Shown here piece after piece: positions 26,501 to 38,600 of a stretch of 64,000 nt of DNA. Each line of letters opens with the position of its first letter. The stretch's first letter is position 1. This DNA comes from Iphione sp. A-MEVVRFRX5 (Eukaryota): positions 81,344,001-81,408,000 of the forward strand of contig OZ320318.1 of NCBI GenBank assembly GCA_976226885.1. The letters are read 5' to 3'. Under the pieces are notes generated by a model, which saw only the letters and a list, made by a program, of their open reading frames with translations, did not search any database and was not told where the DNA came from. A program made the translations under genes and the position numbers.

Positions 26501-27623
26501 ATAGGAAAGTGTGTGTATACATGTGTGTGTGTCAGTGTTGGCATGTGTGTGAGTAGAGATAAGTGTGTAGAGATGCAGGGATCTGTGTAAGTGTGGGGTG
26601 TGAGAGTGTGTAAAGGTGTATATATATATATAATATATGAGCTCCCGTCGACTCACTCTTTGAAGCCGCTTCGCAAGTGAATGTCAATGAGTAGGTGTTC
26701 TTAAAGCTGGACACACTCACTATTGAGTAGATATTGAGTAAACATCACAACCATGTCATGGCATATTGAACTGGTTTATATAAGCTCCGCATGTCCAGTC
26801 AGGATGTGGGTACTGTATAAACTCTACACACCTTGTCAGAGCGTATTGAGTAAGTATTGTATAAACTACACGCGCCCAGTCATGGTTGTCTGGCCGTAGT
26901 CTCCTTTGACCCTCTTCTGTACCCCTTCAACCTTTCAACCATTGATCTGAACCTTGCCAACATATCCTCATTCGAGACTAAACCTAGAGCCCATATTTTG
27001 AGGTCTTGAGATTTTTAGCTTAGCTCTAGAGCACATGTATCTCTATTTAGATATGTCGAATCATTTCCTTTAAAGTCTACGAGGCCTAGAGTTTATATCT
27101 TCTGTGAGACTAAGATACCTGTATCTCTTCTTAGACTAATAGACCCAGTAGACCTAGAGCCCAGATCTTCTCTGAGACTAGGAAACCAGGAGTTCATATC
27201 TCCTCGGGGACGAAGGGACTTACAACTCCGAAAAGATTTCAAGAGAGTGCTTTCCCCTACGTAGACTCTCGCTGTAGAACGGTGTTGATATCATAAGTAC
27301 AGAAATAGAGGAGATATTAACATGTATTTCCGTCCTTCAACATATTACACGGAGACTACCAAGACGTCCCACTGCTGGTAGGGAGGAACCTTTGCAACTT
27401 GTTCAGTTGATTTCGGTGCCAAGAGTTGTAATTAACACTGGTAATCACCATATCCCCCACATGCGCAATTATAAATACACTTGATACACGATAATTGACA
27501 ATTACTGCTGATATCTAGCGGGCTGGTTGTCGATGAATACATGTACGGGACGCATGTGATGGGGTTGAGATATGCGATATTTGACCGATTAAAAAGTCTG
27601 GCGTCCTGGCAGACCAGAGAAGG

Positions 27624-27842
27624 NNNNNNNNNNNNNNNNNNNNNNNNNNNNNNNNNNNNNNNNNNNNNNNNNNNNNNNNNNNNNNNNNNNNNNNNNNNNN
27701 NNNNNNNNNNNNNNNNNNNNNNNNNNNNNNNNNNNNNNNNNNNNNNNNNNNNNNNNNNNNNNNNNNNNNNNNNNNNNNNNNNNNNNNNNNNNNNNNNNNN
27801 NNNNNNNNNNNNNNNNNNNNNNNNNNNNNNNNNNNNNNNNNN
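27624..27842. other. Assembly gap (N)
   Basis: N run. Confidence 1.
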
Positions 27843-30737
27843 TTTGGTAAGAGACAGATTGACAGACACACAGGGTTGGGTGTGTAGGTTTAGATGTAGG
27901 CTAGTGTGAATGTATAGATGTAGGTATATGCGAGTTTGTGTGATTTTTAGGTGGACACGTGTACCAGAGGGTTAAGTTGGCGGAGGGGAAGGCCGAGTGT
28001 GGCATGGGATTAGTGAGCTTCTGTCCATTTATGGCATCGAGTTGCGACTCACGTTTCCGCATTCCTTACCTTTTTGCTCTTTCCTCAGAAAGAACACTTC
28101 GTGATCGCTTTCATTATGAGTCGCACTTCAGAAATAAAATCTGCAGGAAGTACAAACAAATTTAGTCCGTGTCTCATGTCTATGCTGAAGCTGTGAAGTG
28201 TAAAGTGCGAAGGAAATCTAAAGCAGTGCTTTGGACGTAACCAATAACTTCCGAGTGTTCACACATAACACTCGTCGTTCATATTGTATGTACTTGGACA
28301 CTAGAGCCCGATTTATACTTGAGATCCAGTGTTGCTGGGGGGGGAGGGGGGTGATGATGTAGTGATTTATTTCGTGTTGGAGGAGGGGCTGGATGGATCT
28401 TACTGAAGTGTTACCTCTGACTGACCTGACTCCGTGTGCAGTCGCCTGGAACTGTCACATGGCAAAAGAGTAGTTTCCTAAATTTCCTTTCACGCTTCAC
28501 CGAGCATGCTCCAGAGTTGGCAGCGCCAACACCCTGGAGGTATCTTCCCCCCCCCCTCCCCGTCCTACCACCCTCCATCATCTCTTAACCATTGTTGCCT
28601 AGCAGCACTGTTGTGGAACTTGCCGAGATCTGTGTGCTCATTGTCATTGAGATCTGCTCTAATTTTCACTCAGGCTCTTATGCGCGTTTCAGACCAACTT
28701 TTTGCCTGTGTTCAGACATGAACGTTATTTAGCCAAACTCTTTGTCTTTTTCTCTCTGTCTCTGTCTGTCCGTCTGTCTGTCTCTCTTCTATCTCGCCCT
28801 CCCTCATGCCTTGATCTATTTCTCTGTCACCCACTGCCTCCACCACCCGGCGTTCCATCACTCACGGACGCTGCAGGTGAAAAATTCGTCCACAGACGCG
28901 CTTTCTCTGGGGACGCATCTGTCCTGCCCCCGTCTGTAGTGCAGCTTTATGGCATCCGTTGTCGTTTTCATTTGCATGATACGATCCGGCCCATCGAGGA
29001 AATGGCCTCAAATGTCTTCCCATTTATAACCTCTGTAATTTGTTTTTCATATGATGCGTGATTCTTTTCATTAGAGATGTCACTCGTGGTTTGTCTCAAC
29101 AGACTAGTCGGTTTAGCTTGAAATGTGAATAAGAGCTGTTTTTTTTTGCTTGGGGTGTTCCTTTTTACAAGATTTATATCATGCGTTTCCAAAGGGAATA
29201 TCTATTGTACATGCATAGTAATAAATGTGGTGTTCATGTGCACAAAGTTGTCAGTGGAACTCACGTCCGATTTATAGACTGTATAATAAGTAGGTCGAAG
29301 GAGCTTCATGCTATGCAGTGTTAGAAAGGCACAGTTAGTTAAGTTGCAGTTCTTTGAAGTTTAGAGCCAGCATCAGGTCTTGATCATAGAAGGCTCCGAC
29401 CCAGCAAGTTGTGGTTACTGATTACATAAGGCTTTGCCCAGAACCTTCCCTGCTTGCCAGCTCTCTCTCTGTCTCTGTCTAAGTCTCTTTCTCTCTACTA
29501 GTTCACAGCTGCATTTGCTGCTAGTTACAAGAAAGCACAGCCAAATATGCAGTGTTAATCATAGGGATGTACGATTGGTAACAAAAACAAGTCATGGCCG
29601 ATTTTGTTTCTGAAGAGGACAGATTTAATTAGCTGAACAGAGTGTGGCAAGTACACGTACTGTTAACCAAGCTTGTAGGTGGAGAGATAAGGAGTAGGAT
29701 AAAGACAGAAAAGAGAGACCGCGACGCACACTGCATAATAATACTGTTTATGTCATTAGTCTCAGCAGTAGCCCGCCCTTCAATAGCCATTATAACTGCT
29801 ATAAAACCAGACCAGTTTGCATTTTATGCTAATGTTGATGATAAAGCAGGTCTGGGATCCAGTGCAAGTGTACCGGCTGGCTGCCGATCACCTCACATCA
29901 CGTGACTGAGCTAAGGTCATAGGGTTAGCTCCGGACCAATGTGGCGTTTCCTCCTTGACTGATGTCTTTTTTTAAGCTGTAGAGCATCCTGCTTCAACCA
30001 GGAACTGAAATTATGCGTAGATCCGTTGTCCGTTCATCCACTTTTACAGTCTTTTTGATCTTCATGGACTCTGGCCCTTAAAACGTAGGAACACAGTTCA
30101 GCCTTCTCCCCCCCCCCCCCCACACACACACTAGAATACCATATTTCACATAATTCTTCATATGGCAGCTACTGTTAGCTAGATATACTAATACCTATTA
30201 ACTCTACTAATCAACAAGATAGGCAGGCCATCAGGATAACAGCCCGCTGGGTTGATGATGTGTTCTGTTGAAAATAAAAAAAAAAAACTCTTAGAATAAC
30301 GCACCTCTGAACAGTAGTACATGGCACAACTGAATTTAAGTGATATATACATGTGAGACAGTTGGAATGATAGATTAGTTGGTCATATCGGACGTTTTGA
30401 ATCTATGGCCAGTGGAGAATTTTCTTGATGAAAATATTGTGGTCCATTATCCGTATGATTTATAAATATAAAAGAAAACTTAGACGAATTGGCCTTAGTA
30501 TGAAAGCCTTGTGTGCTTTCAATGTGAAGAATGTACTCCTTTTCCTGGCTTTGTCTGATGACTCTAAGGACAGAATATGCCCTTGTACATGTATGCTTTG
30601 TTGCTCCTCCCTCTCTCTGTTGTCTTTCTCTAAGTCACTTTAAGTCCTGTCATCCTGATAACATGCAGCCCTCTCTCTCAAAATAGCCATCTCCCCCCCT
30701 CACCCCACATACTCAGACATACACACTATACACAAAC

Positions 30738-30878
30738 NNNNNNNNNNNNNNNNNNNNNNNNNNNNNNNNNNNNNNNNNNNNNNNNNNNNNNNNNNNNNNN
30801 NNNNNNNNNNNNNNNNNNNNNNNNNNNNNNNNNNNNNNNNNNNNNNNNNNNNNNNNNNNNNNNNNNNNNNNNNNNNNN
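30738..30878. other. Assembly gap (N)
   Basis: N run. Confidence 1.
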
Positions 30879-31259
30879 TCCTCTCCATGTCCTCCCTGTC
30901 TCTCGTCTCTGTCTAGACTCTCGGTCCTTACTAGTGCCTTTTGGATCCTGTCATCATTATCTGTAATGCCTCTGTTTCTGAGTGCCTGTTTGTCTCTGTC
31001 ACTTCCCCCCGCTCTGTTGTATTTTCCCGCCTTCTGTTTTACCAAGAGAGAAAAATATGATAAACAATTTAGGGAGAGAATACATCCTGTTTTTAAATGC
31101 AGATAATGAACACGCGATAGATTTAAAGGGTCTTTGAATGTAATGTAGTTCCTGTTCCTTTGAAGTCAACACCCCTAAAAATGTCTGCAGGGTTCAAGTA
31201 GTTCAAGTGGGTCCACATGCATGTACATGTACATGTGTACGCAAATACACCCCCATGTA

Positions 31260-31520
31260 CGCCAAAAGGGGTGAGCCGGGGGGCGAGAGACGCATGTTAC
31301 CATGGACTACAAACAAAAGCAGTCGACATTCGCTAACGACCGTTTGTCAGCGGCGCGCGTCCAGGTACAGTCGCTGAAGGCGCATGAGAGGAGCGCTGTG
31401 ATTGGCTAGAGGCTCGATCGCCTGATGTCGGTCGGCCCCGCCCCTCAACTATGAATACAAACATGTTCTAGCGGCCACGTGGTACAATGGGAGGCGGCGT
31501 GGGGTGACGTGGACGTGTGG
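31260..31520. promoter_or_regulatory. CpG-rich promoter-like region (GC box, CCAAT box, E-box)
   Basis: GTGATTGGCT (~31398), CGGCCCCGCCCC (~31433), CCACGTGG (~31475) and GTGACGTGG (~31504); high CpG density. Confidence 0.5.
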
Positions 31521-32408
31521 GCATGCGTGTGTTTGTGTGTATGTGTGTAATCGGTGCGTACGATCGAACAGGCGTGACGGACTTAAATGTGGGTGTGGTC
31601 TATCCGTCTGTCTCTGTCTCTGTCTCTCTCTTTCTCTCCCCCATCCCTCCCTCCCGGTGTACGCGAGAGTGCGTGCATGGCAGGCAGGACGACGAAATGC
31701 AATATGCCCGCCTAAAAATAGCGCCCTATTAAAGTACACATGCACTCGGCGCGCCCCGGGCTCAGCCTTGTTTAATAAACGTGGGGCTATATAATGATAA
31801 CATTTACCTATCCTTCCAGATATTTATGATAGACCGCTGCTGGCACATTCTATAGACGTGGATAGATACCATCCTTTATAACTCATTAACATTTTCTGTC
31901 CCTCGGTCGAACAGTTGAATCTTCATCATGATCGAGTGTACTAGCGTGTCGTTTTCACCTGTGTTTACAGTGATGATGTCACTGACAGTTTTACCAGACA
32001 AATGAAGAGTATTAGCGTTCAAGCAGTTTAGGAGTCCATACTTCTTTGAATAGCATATGCCACAATCAACGGAAAACGGTCCTCTTGTTGATGGAGCGTT
32101 TTAGACTGACAAGAAACATGGATGCTTCGAAATTAAGGCTCACGGTAATTTCCCATGTGGTTGTAAATGTTAGCCATGTTTTTTTTCTGGAACAGCCCAG
32201 AATCTATGTTTTAGTATGGACCGTGTAGAGCATGGAACATGCTCACATGGAAAGTTTGGCTCGTGTAGTGAGTCTTCGCCAGTTGTCCATAGTGACACTC
32301 AAGCGGGCTGCTGTAGATGTCACTTTCTTGCTTTATATATGAGAAAAAAAAACTATATGAGAAAGTCTGTAACACAACTAACTATATACCTCTTTTATGT
32401 CATTACAG

Positions 32409-32611
32409 GTGTACTCCGAGACATCCGGGCTTACTACAACATCGACCGCTCCAAGGCCGGCCTCCTGCAGACAGCCTTCATCTGCAGTTACATGATCTTT
32501 TCACCCATATTTGGATATCTCGGAGACCGTTACAACCGCAAGTTCATCATGGCCATTGGCATTTTCTGCTGGTCTTCAATCACGTTTATTGGGTCCTTCA
32601 TTCCAGCTGAT
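32409..32611 (+). CDS. SPNS1: SPNS exon (203 nt, phase 1 to 0): [13 protein letters not shown]...[10 protein letters not shown]...SFIPAD
   Basis: Acceptor ttacag|GT at 32408/9 and donor GAT|gtaagt at 32611/2; encodes motif A. Confidence 0.95.
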
Positions 32612-35600
32612 GTAAGTTCAGTTCCAGTGCGTTTTCTTTTCTGTTCTTCCCCCACGCAGCATAGAGATTTGTCACATGATTCAGTGTATGTCAGGTTGTT
32701 TTACACAGTGTGAATTTCTTCATCAAGTCCACCTAAAGCTCTAAACGAACTACAGGTGTGTTTGCTTATCAGCAAATATAGGTCAATCCATGTGTCTTAT
32801 GCTGTCCCCACCACACTTGTCATAATCAGTATGTTACTTGACCTTCAGCAATACTGGCTGTTCTTGGCCATGAGAGCATTGGTCGGTGTCGGTGAGGCGA
32901 GCTACTCCACCATTGTTACTGACTTCTTTAATGTGTCTTATGCTGTCCCCACCACACTGTCTTAACCAGTATGTTACTTGACGTTCAGCAATACTGGCTG
33001 TTCTTGGCCATGAGAGCGTTGGTCGGTGTCGGTGAGGCGAGCTACTCCACCATTGTTACTGACTTCTTTAATGTGTCTTATTGCTGTCCCCACCACACTG
33101 TCTTAACCAGTATGTTACTTGACGTTCAGCAATACTGGCTGTTCTTGGCCATGTGTCGGTGAGGCGAGCTACTCCACCATTGTTACTGACTTCTTTAATG
33201 TGTCTTATTGCTGTCCCCACCACACTGTCTTAACCAGTATCTTACTTGACCTTCAGCAATACTGGCTGTTCTTGGCCATGAGAGCGTTGGTCGGTGTCGG
33301 TGAGGCGAGCTACTCCACCATTGCTCCCACCATCATCGCTGACCTCTTCGTCAAGGACATGAGAACAAAAGCTCTGGCTGTCTTCTACTTCGCCATTCCC
33401 GTCGGAAGGTAAGACGACCCTAATACCCATTACCATACCATTGTATATGTGAAATGACTCCTAAGTAGAGAGCCTTTAGCAAGAAAAACTTCCAAGTGGA
33501 AACCGGACATTTTTTGTTCTTTTGCAAGCTCTCCCTTTTTTAGGCATGACCTTGTTAGAGATGTGTCCGTATGTTCGAGGCTGTCACTCTAATGTCGCTG
33601 CCAGCTGGATATGAAATGGGTTTGATTTTGGTAGAATTAATCCTAAATAATTGCTCATTTTCAGCGGTCTGGGCTACATTATCGGCTCCAACGTTGCGAC
33701 GTTGCTAAATGGTTGGCAGTGGTCTCTCCGAGTAAGTATTGGTTCAGTGGGAGTTTAACGTTTCTGTGTGAGAAACAGTTGGTCAGGCATACCTCTGCAT
33801 GCAGAGTTGACATCTGCTTGAGTGATGGGAATTTGGATGTATGACAGGGTCTTAGATAGGTGCTTGTGGTGGTGTGTCGGCTGGGGTGATCATCGTTACC
33901 ATCTACCGTGGACGGGGACCTGAGAGCAGGCGGGTTCGGGACTGTTGGAAACAGGATTAGGGCGTAATTATTTTAATTATAAAATTGTTAAATTCGAACA
34001 AAGTATGTTAACGTGCATAACTCACTGTTGGATGTGGTTTTAAGATCATCTATTCCTGCAATAAGTCCCTGACATTTGGGCCACCACATATAGTATGGGA
34101 CCTCAAGAATGTGTGACTGATCTGTCAAAACCTTTCAGCTCCTAAACTTTAGTTCGCAGGACTTTAATGTCGGTGTCATACTTCAGGTGTCATACCTCCC
34201 GTACATATCAGTTCTTTCATGTACTCTCTGACTTATGCCGGACCGAACCTTTGACATTTCCAAATTGCCCTCCTATTTAGCATTCCTGGCCTTGCATCAG
34301 TTAGAGTGTAAGCGGGCTACAGGGCCTCCCATCTAGGCAGCAGTGTAGCACGTGTGATGTTCTTTGTCACTGTGTTCTGTTCGGGCTGCAGGTGACGCCA
34401 GCACTCGGGGTGATCTGTGTCCTGTGCATCATCTTCCTGGTCCGGGAACCACCTCGCGGGGCGGCAGAAGGTGGCACCCACCTTGGAAACACCACCGTGA
34501 CAGCCGACCTCAAGTATCTCATGCGAAAGTAAGTGATCCGCTCGCCGAACTGGTCAGAAGGTAGTTGACAAGCAACCACCTCTCCACTTTCAACAACACA
34601 CATGGAATTGTTACAAAATCACAATATGAGCGTGAGCTTTCAAGTCTGTACAGTAGGTCTTCCTAGGCAGAGAACTAGAAAAAGTTCTCCATGAGGTGAC
34701 AGATGCTTTGAATCCTACTCAGATAATTACCCAGTCTCTGAAAGAGGGTAAAATTATTGCCATTGGCAGGTTCTGTGTTCCTGTGCACGTGTACATCAGT
34801 GTACAATCTTTCATTAAGCAACCTCCCATTCAGCCTATTTTATCAGATATTACGTAGATAAAAACAGCTGGCTTCTGACTTGTAACTTGTGATCACTGGT
34901 GCTTTCAGTGAAACCACTCGTTGCTATGACTCGTTCCATTTCAGGTGTCAGAATTCGAAGCATTTCAGTGACATTCAGAAGAATTTTGCAAATACAGAGA
35001 CTATGAATTGGTTTGAAAATATTTAATGTTTTGTTGGAAGATTAGTTCAATTTAACCTGTTTTTTCCTTCCCCAATTCCAGTAAAAGCTTTATGCTGTCG
35101 ACGCTTGGCTTCACGTGTGTGGCCTTTGTGGCTGGAGCGTTGTCCTTCTGGGCGCCGATCTTCATATATGGTTCAGTGCGGGTCCAGGGCGACATCAAGA
35201 CTGAAAATACGTGAGTGTAAACATGCACAAAAACAGACATCTGAATCGAATGTTGTCTATATCCACAAATCAAGGAGTTACATATCAAATTATAGGCACG
35301 TTATTGAGAGGAATACAAAAGCACTTACCCTTGAATGGTTGGTCCAAGAAATACAAATGGCTAGTTGATATACGAAAGACCCTTGATCATCGTTTGGAAA
35401 AATCAATTTATTACGGTATTGAGCCGTCTCCCGCCGTTAAAAGTTAAAGTTAATAACAGCGCTACTCATTCAGAAATCGTAGGTTTGGGGTTACTGAGTG
35501 TAAGATATGGAGTGTTCGTATATGGATACTTATGATTTAATAATGAAAAACAGACGATGTGTGGAAAAACCGACCATCCACTGATGAAAAAAGTATACCC

Positions 35601-38600
35601 TTATTCAGTAGGAAATTTAATTAGTAATATATTCTTACTCTCCTTTTTTAGCCTCATCAGATTCATATATCAGGATAATTGTCTTTACATATGATATACA
35701 TTATCATATTCCCTTTCAGGATTGGCTTATACTTCGGAGTAATCACATGTGCAGCTGGTTTCCTCGGTGTCGGTATCGGCTCAGAGACTGCGCGGCGCCT
35801 GCGGCCCAGGACAATGCGTGCTGACCCGCTTGTGTGTGCCATTGGGCTCATCTCTTCAGCTCCTTTCTTGTTCCTCACGATAGTATTCTCTAAATACAAT
35901 ACAATAGCAACATGGGTGAGTAGTCATAAGGGGAAATAAATGATGATAGTGGTCATGTAAGGATAAATGTCAAATCGATAATACATAATGAAAAGACATC
36001 CTTGAAACTATTTATGTCGACTATCAATGCCCTGATAACTATGCATCAAATATATATGAACCGCTTAGCAAATACCAGTGAATCAGATTCAATGTCTTGG
36101 CATTTATTGGTATATTTTACTCACGTTTTGGAAATATTGCGATGACATTACTTAAAAGGAAAATCCAAGTATTGGTCTATTGCATCCAAGTATTGGTCTA
36201 TTACATTTATTAGTGAAAAAATGTACACATATGGTACCACTACTTTTATTTGTACTGCAGATCCTAATCTTCGTTGGAGAGACACTGCTGTGTTTAAATT
36301 GGGCAATCGTCACAGATATTGTATTGGTAAGAGATTCTTCTTCCAAAAATCTTAGTACTAACAGATTGTAGTGCAAGACGAGTATGCAGAGGCTCTAAAT
36401 CTCCTGCTTCTGTAGTAGTTCTGCCGAATTTTGCAGGGTCTCCTTTTTTCTGTGTTAGACAATCCCATAAAAAAACAAAACTGACAAGAAAACAGAGCAA
36501 AATCTCCCTTTTGGGGCCACCCTGCGGGAAACGATCTGTTCTTTGTACCTCTTCAGCTTGGAGCCTCTGCGCCTAATTCCTACATAGAACTGTAAGCTTA
36601 ATGGCATGGAATGTAACCGAGTGCAATCACATGCTGAGTTATATTCAATAATCCAAGCTACAAAACAAGCCGTGAGAAATTGCATTGTGCTTACAGTAAG
36701 CATTGCTCATACTGATTGGTATTGTGTGCATCTCATTTCAGTATATAGTAATACCAACGCGACGATCCATGGCTGAAGCAGCCCAGATTCTCATATCGCA
36801 TCTCTTCGGGGACGCTGGCAGTCCTTACCTCATTGGTCTGGTACGTCACTTCACTTCTCTACCTCTAGATTGTCTGTAGAAGTGATATTGTTAAGGAGAT
36901 GGTAGGGGGTTTGACAGATTGACAGCTTTCTTGTCAGTGATGGCAGATGGGATTTAGTTTACAGACAACAAAGCGCCCTCTTCATCCCACTTAATTACGA
37001 GATAAAACCACAATTTTGCGATCGGCTTGATGTAAAGATCCAAATGTATAAAGCAGTTATAACAATTATGCGGCTTAAACACGTAACCAGGAGAGAATAC
37101 AACTGCGTAGTTACACTCTTCTTGATACACAGTACACGTACATGTACACAAATTGATTTTTCATTACTTGCACTGGGTAATCGAGACTGGTGACGTTTTT
37201 TACACAGGTTGCAGACACCATCAAAAGTGGCATGACAGACCGGTCGCCGATCGCTGCCGACTTCATCAGTCTGCAGCTTTCGCTCTACATGTGCTGCTTT
37301 GTGTGCGTCATTGGAGGAGCTCTCTTCCTCGCCACTGCTGTCTTTGTAGTGGAGGACCGCGCCCGTGCCGAGAAAGCAATCCGAGGTACGACCGGTGTCC
37401 GCAGTGACAACCATTAACTGCTTGACCGTGAATGACTAATAGCTGAAACACAGGCCTATCCATCTGGACGGTGAAATCACCCTACATTTCTGTTTTAATG
37501 TTAAACTGGCGAAATGTAGCTTTTTAGACAACTTAATGTACACCTGTACACTGTTTAGGCTATCCATGTCAATTGTCTTATTTCCTCAGTTTGTTTTATA
37601 CACCAGCACCGAATTTCTTTCGTTTAATTTGAAAAAGTGGTCCAGAAAAAAATTCTGTTAACATCTTAAGTTGTTTTGGACACATTTATTATAATATTCC
37701 TTATCGTGATGTAAACTTTGTATCTTATTTTCCTTTTTCCCCTCAACAGAGACAAAAGCATACATGCAAAACGGTGAGAATTCCGTTTGGGCTACTTTAA
37801 GTGGGTCATAGTGATAACAGAATGAGGTCATTTCAGTGGCTACTGATAAGGGTGGATAGGTCACCTCTTGCCGCATTCCCCACCCCCCCACCCCCCACCC
37901 CCATCTGCAGGTCCCTTGTGATATGCCTATTAAATACCCTAACCTAGTCCTCACATTCAAACAAAATAGGTAAGGTAAATAGGTAATAGGTAACTTACCC
38001 CATACGACCAGTAGGGTCTGGAGGAAAAGGGTTGCCCCTCTCTGTCCAAAGCTTTGCATGGTAATGCTTCGGCTCCCAGGATTTGGTATACCATCCATGA
38101 GTCCCAGGTGCTTATTTGTGAAGCTGGGGAGGTGTTGTTTCCATGGAGAGGGAATTTATAACCGTAACCGGTCTGTCTGGGGGGTCTGGTGTGGTATTTT
38201 TGTTATCGTCTTTGTTCATAACCTGAATCAAAGCAATTGGTTTCCATATTTTCTGTTCCGTTCTCCTTGTGTTACTCGATAATTTTGTTTTGCCAGGTGA
38301 TTGTGATAACATCTGGAGTTTGTATCGTAACAAAATGCCAATAGCCCAGTGAAATTCACTTTATTAATACACTGGAATTACTATTGACAACATAAAAGAG
38401 ACCTACCAGCTAAAATACCAAGGCGAGGCTCACTGTCCGTAGTGTTCAAAGCCTTAATTAGATTCAAGACTTCAGAAATTATTTAAGTACAAGTTCATTT
38501 ATTTGTTCCTGAGTTCGGCTCAATCTCCATATACCCGGGTTTCTCATCTGTGTTTCAAACGTGGATTCAGATTTTATTTACTCTGATGTGACAAGGTATA

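Noticed and set aside
4107-29430. D-box motifs TTACATAA/TTATGTAA at ~4107, 6044, 24172 and 29421
   Set aside because: About the number expected by chance for an AT-rich 8-mer in 64 kb.
32216-32713. 165-aa ORF as a stand-alone gene
   Set aside because: Only 32409-32611 is exonic; the flanks are intron read-through.
32790-33323. CRISPR-like or prokaryotic repeat-spacer array
   Set aside because: The units are whole tandem copies with no unique spacers, in a spliced eukaryotic gene.
35940-36035. Possible C/D-box snoRNA (ATGATGA...CTGA) in an SPNS intron
   Set aside because: No terminal stem or recognisable rRNA-antisense element. Similar C-box hits at 8162, 39264 and 40146 lack a D box.
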